A stretch of 64,000 nucleotides of DNA, taken from the IMG/VR virus record IMGVR_UViG_3300037088_000888; one strand, 5' to 3'. The notes beneath the pieces were generated by a model, which made no database searches, was not told the DNA's origin, and saw only the letters and a list, made by a program, of their open reading frames with translations. A program made the position numbers and the translations under genes. This stretch comes from an uncultured virus (IMG/VR IMGVR_UViG_3300037088_000888). Lineage: Duplodnaviria > Heunggongvirae > Uroviricota > Caudoviricetes. The number at the start of each line of letters is the position of its first letter. Positions within the stretch are counted from its first letter, which is position 1. Shown in pieces: positions 38,182-48,994 of the stretch.

Positions 38182-38210
38182 AAAAAACCCACTGATAACA
38201 ATGGGTTTTT
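38182..38210 (-). terminator. Intrinsic terminator hairpin
   Basis: AAAAACCCA...TGGGTTTTT downstream of the glycosyltransferase. Confidence 0.55.
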
Positions 38211-38249
38211 AAAAAAATAAACAACATTAAAAATGATGACTAATTCTCT

Positions 38250-39188
38250 TTACATGAAATTCATCTTTGAAACATCTGGAACTGGTTGTTTGTTTACTGC
38301 TTCAATAATTTTATTTATATCGAACAAATTAACAGTATCATACGGGAAGGCTTGCACCATGCCAGAAATATCATCAACTAAGTATGTAAATTTATCAAGA
38401 TTGTTTATAATATTCGCATTCGGCAATATATTTATATTTTCAGGATAACCAAATACTTTGGGTGAATTACCAATCCAAACAACAGTGCTTGGTAAATCCA
38501 ATGCTGCTGCAACATGTTGAGCAAAAGAATCTATGAACAGTCTTTTTGTTGAAAGTGGAAATACGGCATATAATTCTCTATATGGTAAAGTAAGAGGTTC
38601 AACACCTTGTAAAATTGGTTGCTCTGGTGACTTAATATGAAGTATACGGTAGGACTTATTAAAATAATTTACTAATTTTTGCGCTGTCTCTATAGGCATA
38701 TCCCTATACCAAGATTTTTTCGAATATTGTTGATTGCTTCCTCCGTGTGTCTGGAGAAGCATAATAGGACGATTATCTGGTTTTATTTTATCTCTCGCTA
38801 TTTCAAGTTCACGTGGGTTTAAATAGATTTTAGGTTTATAACCATCATAAGGTACATTAAACATTTTACACCAAGTCTCAGTCAGATGTTCTTTTCTAAG
38901 AATATGATTTGTTTCATTATAAGGATCATGTTTCATTATAATAGTATCTTCTTTAAGATAATCCTCTTTGAAGTATTGTGGTATTTGATTTTGTAAAAAG
39001 AACCTAAAAACATCAGGATTATAAAAAAAACTTCCATCCCAACTGGCAATTACAATTATTTTATAATCAGGATACTGCTTCTTAATTGCACGAATTACTG
39101 CAGTTGAAACGATGGTTTTTCCATGTCCGCCAAAAATTTCAGCGATTACATACCTATCATTATCTGTTTTTTTACTGTTTACTATCAT
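38250..39188 (-). CDS. Glycosyltransferase, GT-B fold, GT9/heptosyltransferase-like
   Basis: GGHGK...TAVIRAIKKQYPD..I.V; FIDSFAQHVAAALDLPSTVVW resembles the GT9 DSG..H.AAA motif. Confidence 0.7.
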   Translation of the reverse strand: MIVNSKKTDNDRYVIAEIFGGHGKTIVSTAVIRAIKKQYPDYKIIVIASWDGSFFYNPDVFRFFLQNQIPQYFKEDYLKEDTIIMKHDPYNETNHILRKEHLTETWCKMFNVPYDGYKPKIYLNPRELEIARDKIKPDNRPIMLLQTHGGSNQQYSKKSWYRDMPIETAQKLVNYFNKSYRILHIKSPEQPILQGVEPLTLPYRELYAVFPLSTKRLFIDSFAQHVAAALDLPSTVVWIGNSPKVFGYPENINILPNANIINNLDKFTYLVDDISGMVQAFPYDTVNLFDINKIIEAVNKQPVPDVSKMNFM

Positions 39189-39332
39189 TGAGTTTTAATT
39201 TAATTTATAATTTTTTATATTTTTTTATAAATACAAAGATAATCATGAAAAACTCAATTTACAAGAAAAAAATAAGAATATAATAATTTTCATTTTAATT
39301 ATTATCACCAATAAATTATAAATTATAAATTA

Positions 39333-42248
39333 TTAGTTAATAAAAGCCAAATTAAACCATTTACATGTAGCACCAAACATAAGTTCAAGAGCACCATAAT
39401 TTGTATTAATTAATGCACATTGTGAGCCATCAATTGTTCTACCTGAACCAGCATTAATAATTATATTGTTAGTCAATGCATTGCCATAGGCATCTTTAAT
39501 TTTAAATACTTGTCCGGTAAGTGGTGTTGTAGGTAATGTAATTGTTATTGAAGTGCCTGATGCTAATATCACATATGTGCTACCTGTTGTTAATAATGTA
39601 TTGCCAGTAATTATGGTTTTGGAATATATATTATTTTTATCACCCCCGCCAGTACCACCACTTATATATGGCATTGTTTTAATTAACTTATCACTACTAT
39701 TCCAAACCAATATTGCATCAGAGGTTGTACCAGCAGCAGGAGCTACAAGGAGTGATGTAGCACCACTTGTTTTAAATGCACCGTAAATTATTGCACAGTT
39801 AGTTGAAAAATCACCAAAAATTAATGGATGAGTTGTGGATGAATTTGCAATATATAATTTACTTGAACCTGTTTCATAATATCCTGCAGTATATCCTATT
39901 GCAATATTAGTACTTCCAGTTATATTACTACAAAGTGTTTGATAACCAATTGCAATATTATTACAACCAAATTTATTATATAAAAGTGTACCACATCCAA
40001 TTGCAATATTAGAAGAACCACTAATATTATTATAAAGTGCAAAACCACCATTAGCAATGTTATTACAACCACAAGTATTATAAAGAAGTGCACTACAACC
40101 AATTGCAATATTATTACAACCAAATTTATTACATAAAAGTGTACCATAACCATTAGCAATGTTATTGCAACCACAAGTGTTATAAGAAAGTGCACTACAA
40201 CCAATTGCAATATTATTACAACCATAAATATTACGTAAAAGTGCATAATTACCAATTGCAATATTAGTACTTCCTGTTGTATTAGAACAAAGTGCATTAT
40301 AACCAATTGCAATATTACGATTACCACAAGTATTATTTAAAAGTGCACCATAACCAATAGCTAAATTACCATAACCAGTTGTGTTATTATAAAGTGCTTG
40401 ATAACCAACAGCTAAATTACCACAAGCAAAATTTTTACTAGGTACACTTATAAATGTCTGACCACTCAATTTATAATCATTATAACTATCAAAACCGTGA
40501 CTTGTTGCACCACATGATACTACACTACCATTAATAAAATTTATTTTACATGAATTTAAATTAATAGTAACGTCATCACTTAATGTACCACCAAGACAAA
40601 CTTTTCTATTACTAATTTTTGTTAACCCGTTTGTAGCACCAGTAATTGCAGAATTAATTATTGATTGAGTTAGTGTATCTGTTGATATCGTACTACCCCC
40701 AATATTTATACCAGTACCTGCAATAAAATTTGAACTACTAAATAAACCAAATATTATTGAAGTAACTCCGCTAATAATTGGATTTGGTGTTACTAATACC
40801 CAAAGAGTATTTTTTTGTGTATTACCGCTAATAACAGGTACTAATACACCTTGAACAACTTCACCAGAAGGAACAAAATTAAAATCTATTGAACGACTCC
40901 AAGTACCACCACTATTAACAACATATATTCCATTCGTTTGACCACTTATTTGATTTTTAACTAATACTCTCATATTATTTATTGTAGAAACACCATCAAT
41001 TGTTAAAATGCCACTTAATGTAATATTACTTGTTGTTGCAACTTCAACAGCTAATTTAGGAACAAGTCCTGCTGCAACAGCATCTACGTATGCTTTATCT
41101 ACTAATGAACGACTACTAAATGTAACATTATAATTACTGTCATATTCAATACCAACAGGCACTATTCTCGAATCTTTTATTATTGTAGGTATAGTTATAG
41201 TGCCACCTAATTGAACATTTTTACCGTTAATATTTAAACCATTTGTTGCACCTGTAATTGTACCACCACCGCTTGAATAAATTGCGACTGTATTTCCATT
41301 TAAACCAACTGTTGTATTACCACTACCAACAATACTTCTAAATTGAAGAGATGTACCACTTAAACCTCCATAAATACCAACGCCACTACCAATATTAATA
41401 CCTTGATTTATTTGTGCTGCTTGTGTTGTGCCAGATAAATAAATAAATGCTTCATCAGAACTTATATTCAATATATTTGGAGTTTTACTTTGAATTGTTC
41501 TAAAATTCAATACATTATTGGTTTTAGTGGCAAAAACCGGTCCTCCAATACTTATTGTAGTACCAGTTGTTAAACTGCCAAGAACTGAATTAATAACTGC
41601 TTTTCCTCCATTATTAGCTGGAGCACTCCATGCAGTTTGTGTATAAACTTGAGACGAACCAGTATAATATATCACACCATTTACAGTTTGTCCAATTTTT
41701 AATGAAATATCACCTTGAACAAAAATCCAACCAAGTAAATTTCCACTACCACCAGTATATTGATTCCAAATCCATGATTCAACTGGTAATACTGTTTTTA
41801 CATAACCTCTTTTTGGTATGTTATCATTTGGTGTACCAATATGAATTTTTTGATCAAAACCTCTATAATAATAATTATATAATGAAGAATAACTACCAGT
41901 ATAATCTAAATAATTTCCAATTATGCCACTTGATGTTGTAATATTAAGTGTTTGAATACTTGTATGTCCACTAAAAAATCCAATATTTGTCGCACCAGTA
42001 ATAAAATTACCTATTGGTATTATACTATTATATATTTTCTGAATTAAATTAATGTCAGCAACGCCAGTTTTATACCAATATTCAGTGCCTAAAATATTAA
42101 CTGTTAAACCAGTATACCTTAAAGGAATTGGAATTGCTGAATTGGTTGCACCAGTTGAAGTATATATAGTATTTCCAGTTGTTAAATATCTCGAATCAAT
42201 TGGTTTACCTGCATTTATTTTAAGATTATCATTTAATATTATTGCCAT
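39333..42248 (-). CDS. Tail fibre/adhesin, paralog of 32839..36939
   Basis: Near-identical N-terminus MAIILNDNLKINAGKPIDS; RVLVKNQ...NGIY tail-fibre domain; NIAIG 14-aa repeats. Confidence 0.7.
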   Translation of the reverse strand: MAIILNDNLKINAGKPIDSRYLTTGNTIYTSTGATNSAIPIPLRYTGLTVNILGTEYWYKTGVADINLIQKIYNSIIPIGNFITGATNIGFFSGHTSIQTLNITTSSGIIGNYLDYTGSYSSLYNYYYRGFDQKIHIGTPNDNIPKRGYVKTVLPVESWIWNQYTGGSGNLLGWIFVQGDISLKIGQTVNGVIYYTGSSQVYTQTAWSAPANNGGKAVINSVLGSLTTGTTISIGGPVFATKTNNVLNFRTIQSKTPNILNISSDEAFIYLSGTTQAAQINQGINIGSGVGIYGGLSGTSLQFRSIVGSGNTTVGLNGNTVAIYSSGGGTITGATNGLNINGKNVQLGGTITIPTIIKDSRIVPVGIEYDSNYNVTFSSRSLVDKAYVDAVAAGLVPKLAVEVATTSNITLSGILTIDGVSTINNMRVLVKNQISGQTNGIYVVNSGGTWSRSIDFNFVPSGEVVQGVLVPVISGNTQKNTLWVLVTPNPIISGVTSIIFGLFSSSNFIAGTGINIGGSTISTDTLTQSIINSAITGATNGLTKISNRKVCLGGTLSDDVTINLNSCKINFINGSVVSCGATSHGFDSYNDYKLSGQTFISVPSKNFACGNLAVGYQALYNNTTGYGNLAIGYGALLNNTCGNRNIAIGYNALCSNTTGSTNIAIGNYALLRNIYGCNNIAIGCSALSYNTCGCNNIANGYGTLLCNKFGCNNIAIGCSALLYNTCGCNNIANGGFALYNNISGSSNIAIGCGTLLYNKFGCNNIAIGYQTLCSNITGSTNIAIGYTAGYYETGSSKLYIANSSTTHPLIFGDFSTNCAIIYGAFKTSGATSLLVAPAAGTTSDAILVWNSSDKLIKTMPYISGGTGGGDKNNIYSKTIITGNTLLTTGSTYVILASGTSITITLPTTPLTGQVFKIKDAYGNALTNNIIINAGSGRTIDGSQCALINTNYGALELMFGATCKWFNLAFIN

Positions 42249-42273
42249 TTTTTTATATTTTTAATTTTTATTA

Positions 42274-43395
42274 TTAATATATTGTCATTAATGTATTTAC
42301 TGCCGATTGATAATTACTTATATAAACATTATATGTTTGACCTGCCCAACATGCTGTTGTTACTGGATTCACAGAAGCAAGTGCTGGGAATAAATTACCA
42401 CCAGCACTTACTGCACCACCAATTGCACCATTATTAAGTGCATTTATATACCAACATGTTTTAGCTGCTGAAGCACTTGGTATTGCAAAAAACAAATAAT
42501 CATCTGAGGTACTATTAAAATTAATATATATAATACTACTACTGTCACAAACACATTTTGTTCCGCTAATTACCAATGCACACGTTGGTGTTGGTCTATT
42601 AACACCTGCAGGACAACCACCACTTGCAACTTTGCCATAAAAATATGGATATAAACCACAAACAATAACACCTATTGGAGTTGTAGTTCCAGAAGTTAAT
42701 GGACTTAAATAGTTTGAACCGCAATTATTTTTAGGTTGAACACCTGCACAATATGAAACAGAACCATATGCTGTTCTTATACCTGCAACAACCGTATATG
42801 CTGGTAATGAGCGTGTACAAGTACATGTATTTCCAAAACAACTACAAGTACCACCATTAAAATCAATATAATTATGCGATATTGCACCATTACTTCTGCA
42901 TGATGACGCTGAAGAATATTGTGGATTAATAGAACCTACACTAAGACATGTACAACCAACTACACTTACAATAGAACCTATTTCATATGGGTTTGATAAT
43001 GAAACATTAAATGTGCTTGAAGGTGCTTTTAAAGTAGGATTTACTGTTGGAACTAATAATTGTTCAATAATTGAAGATATTGTTCTTCCTGTAAGCGTAG
43101 TTCCAGTAATAATTCCACCTAATGTTATAGATGCTGGCGATCTATATGGCGGATTATATACTACAATACCCGATGATGTAGATGGCATTAATTTAATTTC
43201 AGTGCCATCAAAAGTTAATACATTACCAACAAGATCACTACCTTTTGCATTAATAATAATAGTGCTGCCACTACCATTTGCAAGTGTTAAACCTGTTGTT
43301 GTTTCTATTCGGGTTTGACCAGACAAATTTAATATTGAATCGGGTAATTGTTTAAATTGGACCGAACTGAGATCGGGACGACTGAAGAAGGTCAT
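42274..43395 (-). CDS. Fibre-associated structural protein (paralog of 36999..37988)
   Basis: Shared motifs and the same position upstream of a fibre gene. Confidence 0.65.
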   Translation of the reverse strand: MTFFSRPDLSSVQFKQLPDSILNLSGQTRIETTTGLTLANGSGSTIIINAKGSDLVGNVLTFDGTEIKLMPSTSSGIVVYNPPYRSPASITLGGIITGTTLTGRTISSIIEQLLVPTVNPTLKAPSSTFNVSLSNPYEIGSIVSVVGCTCLSVGSINPQYSSASSCRSNGAISHNYIDFNGGTCSCFGNTCTCTRSLPAYTVVAGIRTAYGSVSYCAGVQPKNNCGSNYLSPLTSGTTTPIGVIVCGLYPYFYGKVASGGCPAGVNRPTPTCALVISGTKCVCDSSSIIYINFNSTSDDYLFFAIPSASAAKTCWYINALNNGAIGGAVSAGGNLFPALASVNPVTTACWAGQTYNVYISNYQSAVNTLMTIY

Positions 43396-43407
43396 ATGCT
43401 TTGATTA

Positions 43408-44499
43408 TTAAGTAGTTACAATATTATTTTTTAATATTTTTGAAAGACATTTTCTTTCAGTATAAGGAATACGCAATAAATTAATGTTATTGTTTATTGC
43501 ATAATCTGTTTTTAATTTATCATTGGTTTGTCTTAATTCAAAACCTCTTTTACCGCCCAAATAAGCAACTTCTCTAAAATGGGGTTCACCGTCATATTCA
43601 ATAAGCATATTATATTTAGGTAAATAAAAATCATATCTTAAAGGCAGCACATTTTTACAATCAATAAATGATTTTTGAACTTCGAAACTAATAACATTTT
43701 GACTTAGCCAATTGGCAATAAATAATTCACCTTTTGATTTGGTTTTACATTTAGAACAACCTCTACCATTTAAATGCGAATAGGGTTTTTGTTCAAAAAT
43801 TCCATGTTCACGACAAATTATTTTTATTTTTATGTTATTATGAATATAATCAACTAAGTTATAATCATATATATTACCGTGAATTTTTTGTGCTTTTTCA
43901 ATAAATTGTGCTGTGGTATGAGTATTTTTTTCAATACCACACATATAGCAACCTTGTCCACATAAATGAGAATTTGGTTTCATTTCAAAAATACCATGTT
44001 TTTTACAAATTATTTTAACCTTTGTTATTGAATTAATATAATCAACTAATGAATAATCATATTTATTATCATGTATAACATTTGCCTTCTGAATAAATTC
44101 ATTATGATTTGATTTAACACCACCATTGCATTTAGGACAACCATCACCGCATAAATGTCTTGTGGGTCTTTGCTCGAAAACACCATGTTCTTTACAAATA
44201 ATATTTATTTTAGATTTACTACCTTTATATTTAACTAAAGAATAATCATATTTATCTTCATGTTTTTGTTTTGCAGCATTAATAAATCTCTCACTATTAC
44301 CTTTTCCCCTACCCATACAAATAGGACAATTCTGACCAGCAAGATGGTTTGAAGCATTTTGTTGAAATAATCCATGTTCTTTGCATATAATATCTACCAT
44401 TGTCCTATTATTAATATAATCAACTTTAGAATAATCATACCTATCACCATGCACAAATCCTGCTTTCATTATAAATTCATATGTTGTTAATCCCTTCAT
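43408..44499 (-). mobile_element. Homing endonuclease-like gene (4 zinc-ribbon repeats + Vsr/DUF559-like nuclease)
   Basis: 4x IIC..HG.F....HL.G..C..C; SKGE; YDFYL...IEYDGEPH; LLRIPY. Confidence 0.75.
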
Positions 44500-44610
44500 A
44501 ATCTCTGTATCTACATAACCGTACCCTTAATTGCATCAACCGAACTTTTCGGTTCGGTTTCATTTATAATAAATACAAAAGTTTTTGATTAAAAACATAA
44601 TAAAATAAGA

Positions 44611-44640
44611 AAACCTCACAAGTTTTCACCTGTGAGGTTT
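44611..44640 (-). terminator. Intrinsic terminator downstream of the tRNA
   Basis: AAACCTCACA-N10-TGTGAGGTTT stem followed by a T-rich tract on the minus strand. Confidence 0.7.
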
Positions 44641-44708
44641 AAATCAGATAGAATCCTGATTTCGCTAAGAATCGATTTACGAAAAATATTATAAACCGAA
44701 GTTTTTTG

Positions 44709-44781
<73 letters not shown>

Positions 44782-45109
44782 ATATATTATTAATTTATTA
44801 AATTTCTTATTATATTTTATTTAAAATAATAAATACAAAGATAATTTAAATAATTAAGAAAAACAAATAATAATTTTTATTATAAAATATTCCATTATTA
44901 TGAATAAAATCATATGTCATACCCTTTCTTCTTCTTTATTATATTATTATATATATGATAATTTTGTGGTCATTTTATGACATGTGTCGTATCATATGTA
45001 AGAATATGACTAAAAAAAAATATGTCGTCTGTCGTTTTATTTTTAAAAACATTAGGAAGTAGTTTTAAAAGAAATTATCTTTGAGATATTAAAAACTAAA
45101 AAAAAACAC

Positions 45110-47500
45110 ATGAAAGTAGAATATTTTAAAAAGGTTAATAATCGTCCTGATCATCGTCCTGCAGATTTAAATAAAATTTTAACATGGGCAACAAGTGATT
45201 CAAAATTAAAACAAAACACCAATACATATAAAAAATTTTTAAAAGACAATCCTAAAGCAACCAGAAAAGAAATCAGCCAACAAAAATTAGAATTATTTTC
45301 AGCTATAACATTTGGTGGCACATTTGGAGGTACTGGTAAGAGTGAAGACTTATTAGAAATGAGTGGACTTATTGTTCTTGATTTTGATCATGTAGAACGT
45401 CTAGAGGAAGTTCGTCAAGAACTTGAAAATGATATTCAAACATATTTGTTATTTATAAGTCCGAGTGGTGACGGCTTGAAAGTAGTTGTTAAACATAATC
45501 TAAAAGACCCTTTAAAATGGCAATATTTATATCAGGAACTTGAGGAATATTTTGCAAATAAATATTATTTAGTTACTGATAAAAGTGGTAAGGACATCAG
45601 TAGAATGTGCTATATTCCATATATTGATAATCTTTATCAAAAAGAAGATAGTTGGGAATGGAATTATACTGGAAAATTCGAAAATATATTTGAAAAATTA
45701 AATGAATTTGAAAAAGGTGAAATTGCTGGGTATAAAAAAACTGAAATTTCTGATGAATTATATCAGGAATGTTTTTATATGTCAGTTTTTCTTGTACAAA
45801 ATAAAATAAATTTAACTGAAAGTTATGATGATTGGTTGTCTTATGGTTTTAGTCTCTGCACGTTTGGTGAGGAAGGTCGTCAAATTTATCATAATATATG
45901 TTCAGTATCAGATAAATATAATTACAGTGAATGTGATGATAAATATAATATTATTTTAAGAGATTTTAACGGTGATAAATCAGGAATTAACAAATATCTT
46001 ATACGAGCAAAAGAAGCAATTGCTAAACTTGTTAATCAAAAAATAAAAAATGATGTAATATTACCACCTATTGAATTATATAGTAAACTACCAAGTATGT
46101 TAAAAATACCATTAATGAAATTCACTGATGTACCAAAATTTATGGCATTACTTTCAGGAATTTCAAATGTTAGTGGAATATTACCAAATCTTAAATTTAA
46201 ACATTTTGGGTCATATGAATATGAGGCAAATTTATTCATGTGGGTTATAGCTAAACAATCAACAGGAAAAAACACCATTAATGAAATGCAAAAAATTTGT
46301 GCAAAAATTGAAGAAAAAATTGACAGACAAAATGCAGCAGAGTATCGTGATTTTAAAACTAAAGAAGCACAAGCACTTGCAGAGAATAAACCTTTTATGG
46401 AACATGCGCCAGTATATCGAAGTTTATTTATTGGTGCTGATGTAACCAAAGCAGGATTTGTAAAAGAACTCAAAAAGAACAATGGTAGAGCAATTATTTC
46501 TACAACTGAAGCTGCAACACTTATTGGTGCAAATAATACGAGATATGGTGCTTTTCTTGATCTTATATTAGCATGTTGGGGACATGAGAGATATCAAAAA
46601 AATCTTGCCGATAGTAAATTTGTAATTAATGAAACATATCTGTCAATGACATTAGCTTCAACACCTGAAACAGCATATAATTTCTTTGCAAATGCTAACG
46701 TTGACAATGGTTTACTATCAAGATTTTTAGCTTTCGAAATTAATAGTCTAAATGAATTAAGGCAAAAAGATGAAAATGTTCTTATCGAGTTCATCAATGA
46801 AATGATAGAAACAAATAAAACTAATTTTTTTCAACTTTGGAAAGGTTTAAATGATTTAAAAGAATCACTTTATTTGGATTTAGGTGAAGAAATGGACACT
46901 AAATTATTTGAAGAATATTCAGAATTTGAAAAAAATGTTAAATATATTTATAAATTTAACACTGATGTTATTAAACGTATGTGGATAATGCATAAACGAT
47001 TAATATTGATATTTTCAGCACTTTATCATTATGAAAAATATTATACTTTTGATTTGGGGTTTCTTAACGATAAGATGCCTACTGATTGGGTTAGTAACGA
47101 TAAATTGCCAGTTGACCCACGAGCAAAAGAACTTTCAGATATTATTATGAATAGTTATCGTGAAGCATTCGTCAGATTGATGTTTGGTATTGAACAACAA
47201 AAATATAAAAATATGAGTATTTCAGTTCGAAACGATACTATAATAAAAATGCAATTATTAGGCTATACCAACGAATATTTAGCACTTTTATTTGATATAC
47301 CAAGACAAATGGTTGACAAGCAAAAAATGGATGGAAGAAAAAAAGTCACCAGTGATCAAAAGAAAGCATGTCTTGAAGCCTGTAAACAATATCCAAAAGA
47401 GAAAGAATTATGGGGAAGAATAGGTGATGTAGAGTTAAGAACAGTACAAAGATGGTGTAAAGAAGAGGGTATTAAGGATGAAGAAGAAAAAACCTTATAA
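45110..47500 (+). CDS. BT4734/VirE-N-like primase domain + PriCT-2-like + DUF3987-like helicase, with possible C-terminal HTH
   Basis: SGLIVLDFDHV, FISPSGDGLKV, DISRMC; YDDWLSYGFSL; IAKQSTGKN Walker A-like; ELRTVQRW. Confidence 0.7.
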   Translation: MKVEYFKKVNNRPDHRPADLNKILTWATSDSKLKQNTNTYKKFLKDNPKATRKEISQQKLELFSAITFGGTFGGTGKSEDLLEMSGLIVLDFDHVERLEEVRQELENDIQTYLLFISPSGDGLKVVVKHNLKDPLKWQYLYQELEEYFANKYYLVTDKSGKDISRMCYIPYIDNLYQKEDSWEWNYTGKFENIFEKLNEFEKGEIAGYKKTEISDELYQECFYMSVFLVQNKINLTESYDDWLSYGFSLCTFGEEGRQIYHNICSVSDKYNYSECDDKYNIILRDFNGDKSGINKYLIRAKEAIAKLVNQKIKNDVILPPIELYSKLPSMLKIPLMKFTDVPKFMALLSGISNVSGILPNLKFKHFGSYEYEANLFMWVIAKQSTGKNTINEMQKICAKIEEKIDRQNAAEYRDFKTKEAQALAENKPFMEHAPVYRSLFIGADVTKAGFVKELKKNNGRAIISTTEAATLIGANNTRYGAFLDLILACWGHERYQKNLADSKFVINETYLSMTLASTPETAYNFFANANVDNGLLSRFLAFEINSLNELRQKDENVLIEFINEMIETNKTNFFQLWKGLNDLKESLYLDLGEEMDTKLFEEYSEFEKNVKYIYKFNTDVIKRMWIMHKRLILIFSALYHYEKYYTFDLGFLNDKMPTDWVSNDKLPVDPRAKELSDIIMNSYREAFVRLMFGIEQQKYKNMSISVRNDTIIKMQLLGYTNEYLALLFDIPRQMVDKQKMDGRKKVTSDQKKACLEACKQYPKEKELWGRIGDVELRTVQRWCKEEGIKDEEEKTL

Positions 47501-47515
47501 GAAGTATAAGATTAT

Positions 47516-47953
47516 TTATATTTGAATTCCACGTTTTGTACAATAATTTTCAATTTCTTCAATAGCTTCAATTAATGTTATTTTTTTCTCTGGTGGTCTC
47601 CATTTTAATCTTTTACTCTCATAAATTTCACGAACAAATTTATTTTTTGCAATTATAATTTCAGTAACTGGTTCATTAAATTCAAAAACTAACACCCACG
47701 AAAAATTTCCTGCTTTTTCATGCGATTGAACTAAATGTTCAAAACATAATCTTTGTCCATAATCTAAATCTTTACCAATTAATTTTCCTTCTAAATAAAC
47801 AAATACATTACCATTATAATCAATTAATCCATCAATATCGGTTGGAGTAATATTTCTTATTCTCACCATTCCTTGATATGAAATTAATTTTGATTGTATA
47901 TAACGTTCAGGATATTTTATTGTTCCTCTTCTATCGTCATTTTCTTCAGACAT
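47516..47953 (-). CDS. PD-(D/E)xK nuclease-like protein
   Basis: PTDIDGLI...VYLEGK...YGQR pattern. Confidence 0.55.
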   Translation of the reverse strand: MSEENDDRRGTIKYPERYIQSKLISYQGMVRIRNITPTDIDGLIDYNGNVFVYLEGKLIGKDLDYGQRLCFEHLVQSHEKAGNFSWVLVFEFNEPVTEIIIAKNKFVREIYESKRLKWRPPEKKITLIEAIEEIENYCTKRGIQI

Positions 47954-48981
47954 ATTCCTAATGTGTTAAAATTATTATAAAAATTATTTAAATTATTACC
48001 GAAATATAAAATAATTTGACCTTGTAATGGAGCACCAGATGCATTACCATTCATATCAATAAATTTTATTCTACTTTTTATTAAACAAACAGCATTACAA
48101 ACACTCATTATATTTTGTAACCAATTTGTTTCTGTTGCATTATTAACCAATACACATGCTTGGTTTATATTAGACAGTTCATCAACTATTTTTTTTGAAA
48201 ATTCAGTAATTAAAGGTTGTGAATATGGTGGATTTAACCACACATTTCCACTCCAAGGTTTATCCAATCCATTAGTTTCTTTAGTGAATATTTCCTCTGC
48301 TTTTACTGTCTCATTTGCGATTTCTGAAGTTGCTGGGTCTAAATCAATTGAACCCATAGTCTGTCTTGCTAATTCAATTATATTAGATGGTGTGTACCAT
48401 TCATTTTCTCCCGAATTTTGACCTACATGGACAGTTATTTTTTTATAAGCCTCATTCACTGATATATCACCAGACGATAATTGTTCTTTTATTTCATCAG
48501 TAGCTTTTGCTTCAATTTTTTTAACTTTATAAATAGTATCATGAGATACTCCAGCTTTTTTTGCAACTTCTTCACGAGTATCAATATTAAGGTCTGCAGA
48601 TATCTGCAAACCTTTTTTTCCACGTCCCTTTGACAATTTTTGGTTTTCTTTTGCTATTGGTGCTATAAGTTTTTCATATTTTAAATAATATTTTGAACGT
48701 TGATAAGTGTTTATATTTCTTCTACCAAAAGCATTAATTATTATCCATTTTTCAGCTTCAATAATACTTTCAAAATTTAATTGATATGTATTAAATTTAA
48801 TATTATATTTTTGACATATTTCATATCTGTTATGACCATCTATGAGTGTTTCATTCCACAATATTATTGAATCTCTACATCCTTCTTTAAGAAGACTTTC
48901 TTCAAGATATTTATATTCTTCTTCTGATAATGGGTCAAGCAGATTGTGTAATTCTGGATTTATAATTATATTTTCATTCAT
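47917..48981 (-). CDS. ParB-like N-terminal domain fused to DNA N6-adenine methyltransferase
   Basis: LIDGHNRY, GRRN and HTH-like AKKAGVSHDT; EWYTP, LDPA and WLNPPYS phage Dam-type motifs. Confidence 0.85.
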   Translation of the reverse strand: MNENIIINPELHNLLDPLSEEEYKYLEESLLKEGCRDSIILWNETLIDGHNRYEICQKYNIKFNTYQLNFESIIEAEKWIIINAFGRRNINTYQRSKYYLKYEKLIAPIAKENQKLSKGRGKKGLQISADLNIDTREEVAKKAGVSHDTIYKVKKIEAKATDEIKEQLSSGDISVNEAYKKITVHVGQNSGENEWYTPSNIIELARQTMGSIDLDPATSEIANETVKAEEIFTKETNGLDKPWSGNVWLNPPYSQPLITEFSKKIVDELSNINQACVLVNNATETNWLQNIMSVCNAVCLIKSRIKFIDMNGNASGAPLQGQIILYFGNNLNNFYNNFNTLGICLKKMTIEEEQ

Positions 48982-48994
48982 AATTTTTTATTTT

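Noticed and set aside
23966..43395. Diversity-generating retroelement acting on fibre or LRR genes
   Set aside because: No reverse transcriptase and no template/variable repeat pair differing only at adenines was seen
44500..44700. Small hairpins (aaccgaa/ttcggtt; aaatcag/ctgattt) as an additional ncRNA
   Set aside because: Short stems only, no recognisable RNA family; insufficient support without covariance analysis
46036..46797. Minus-strand ORFs inside the primase/helicase gene
   Set aside because: Antisense shadows of a motif-bearing plus-strand gene
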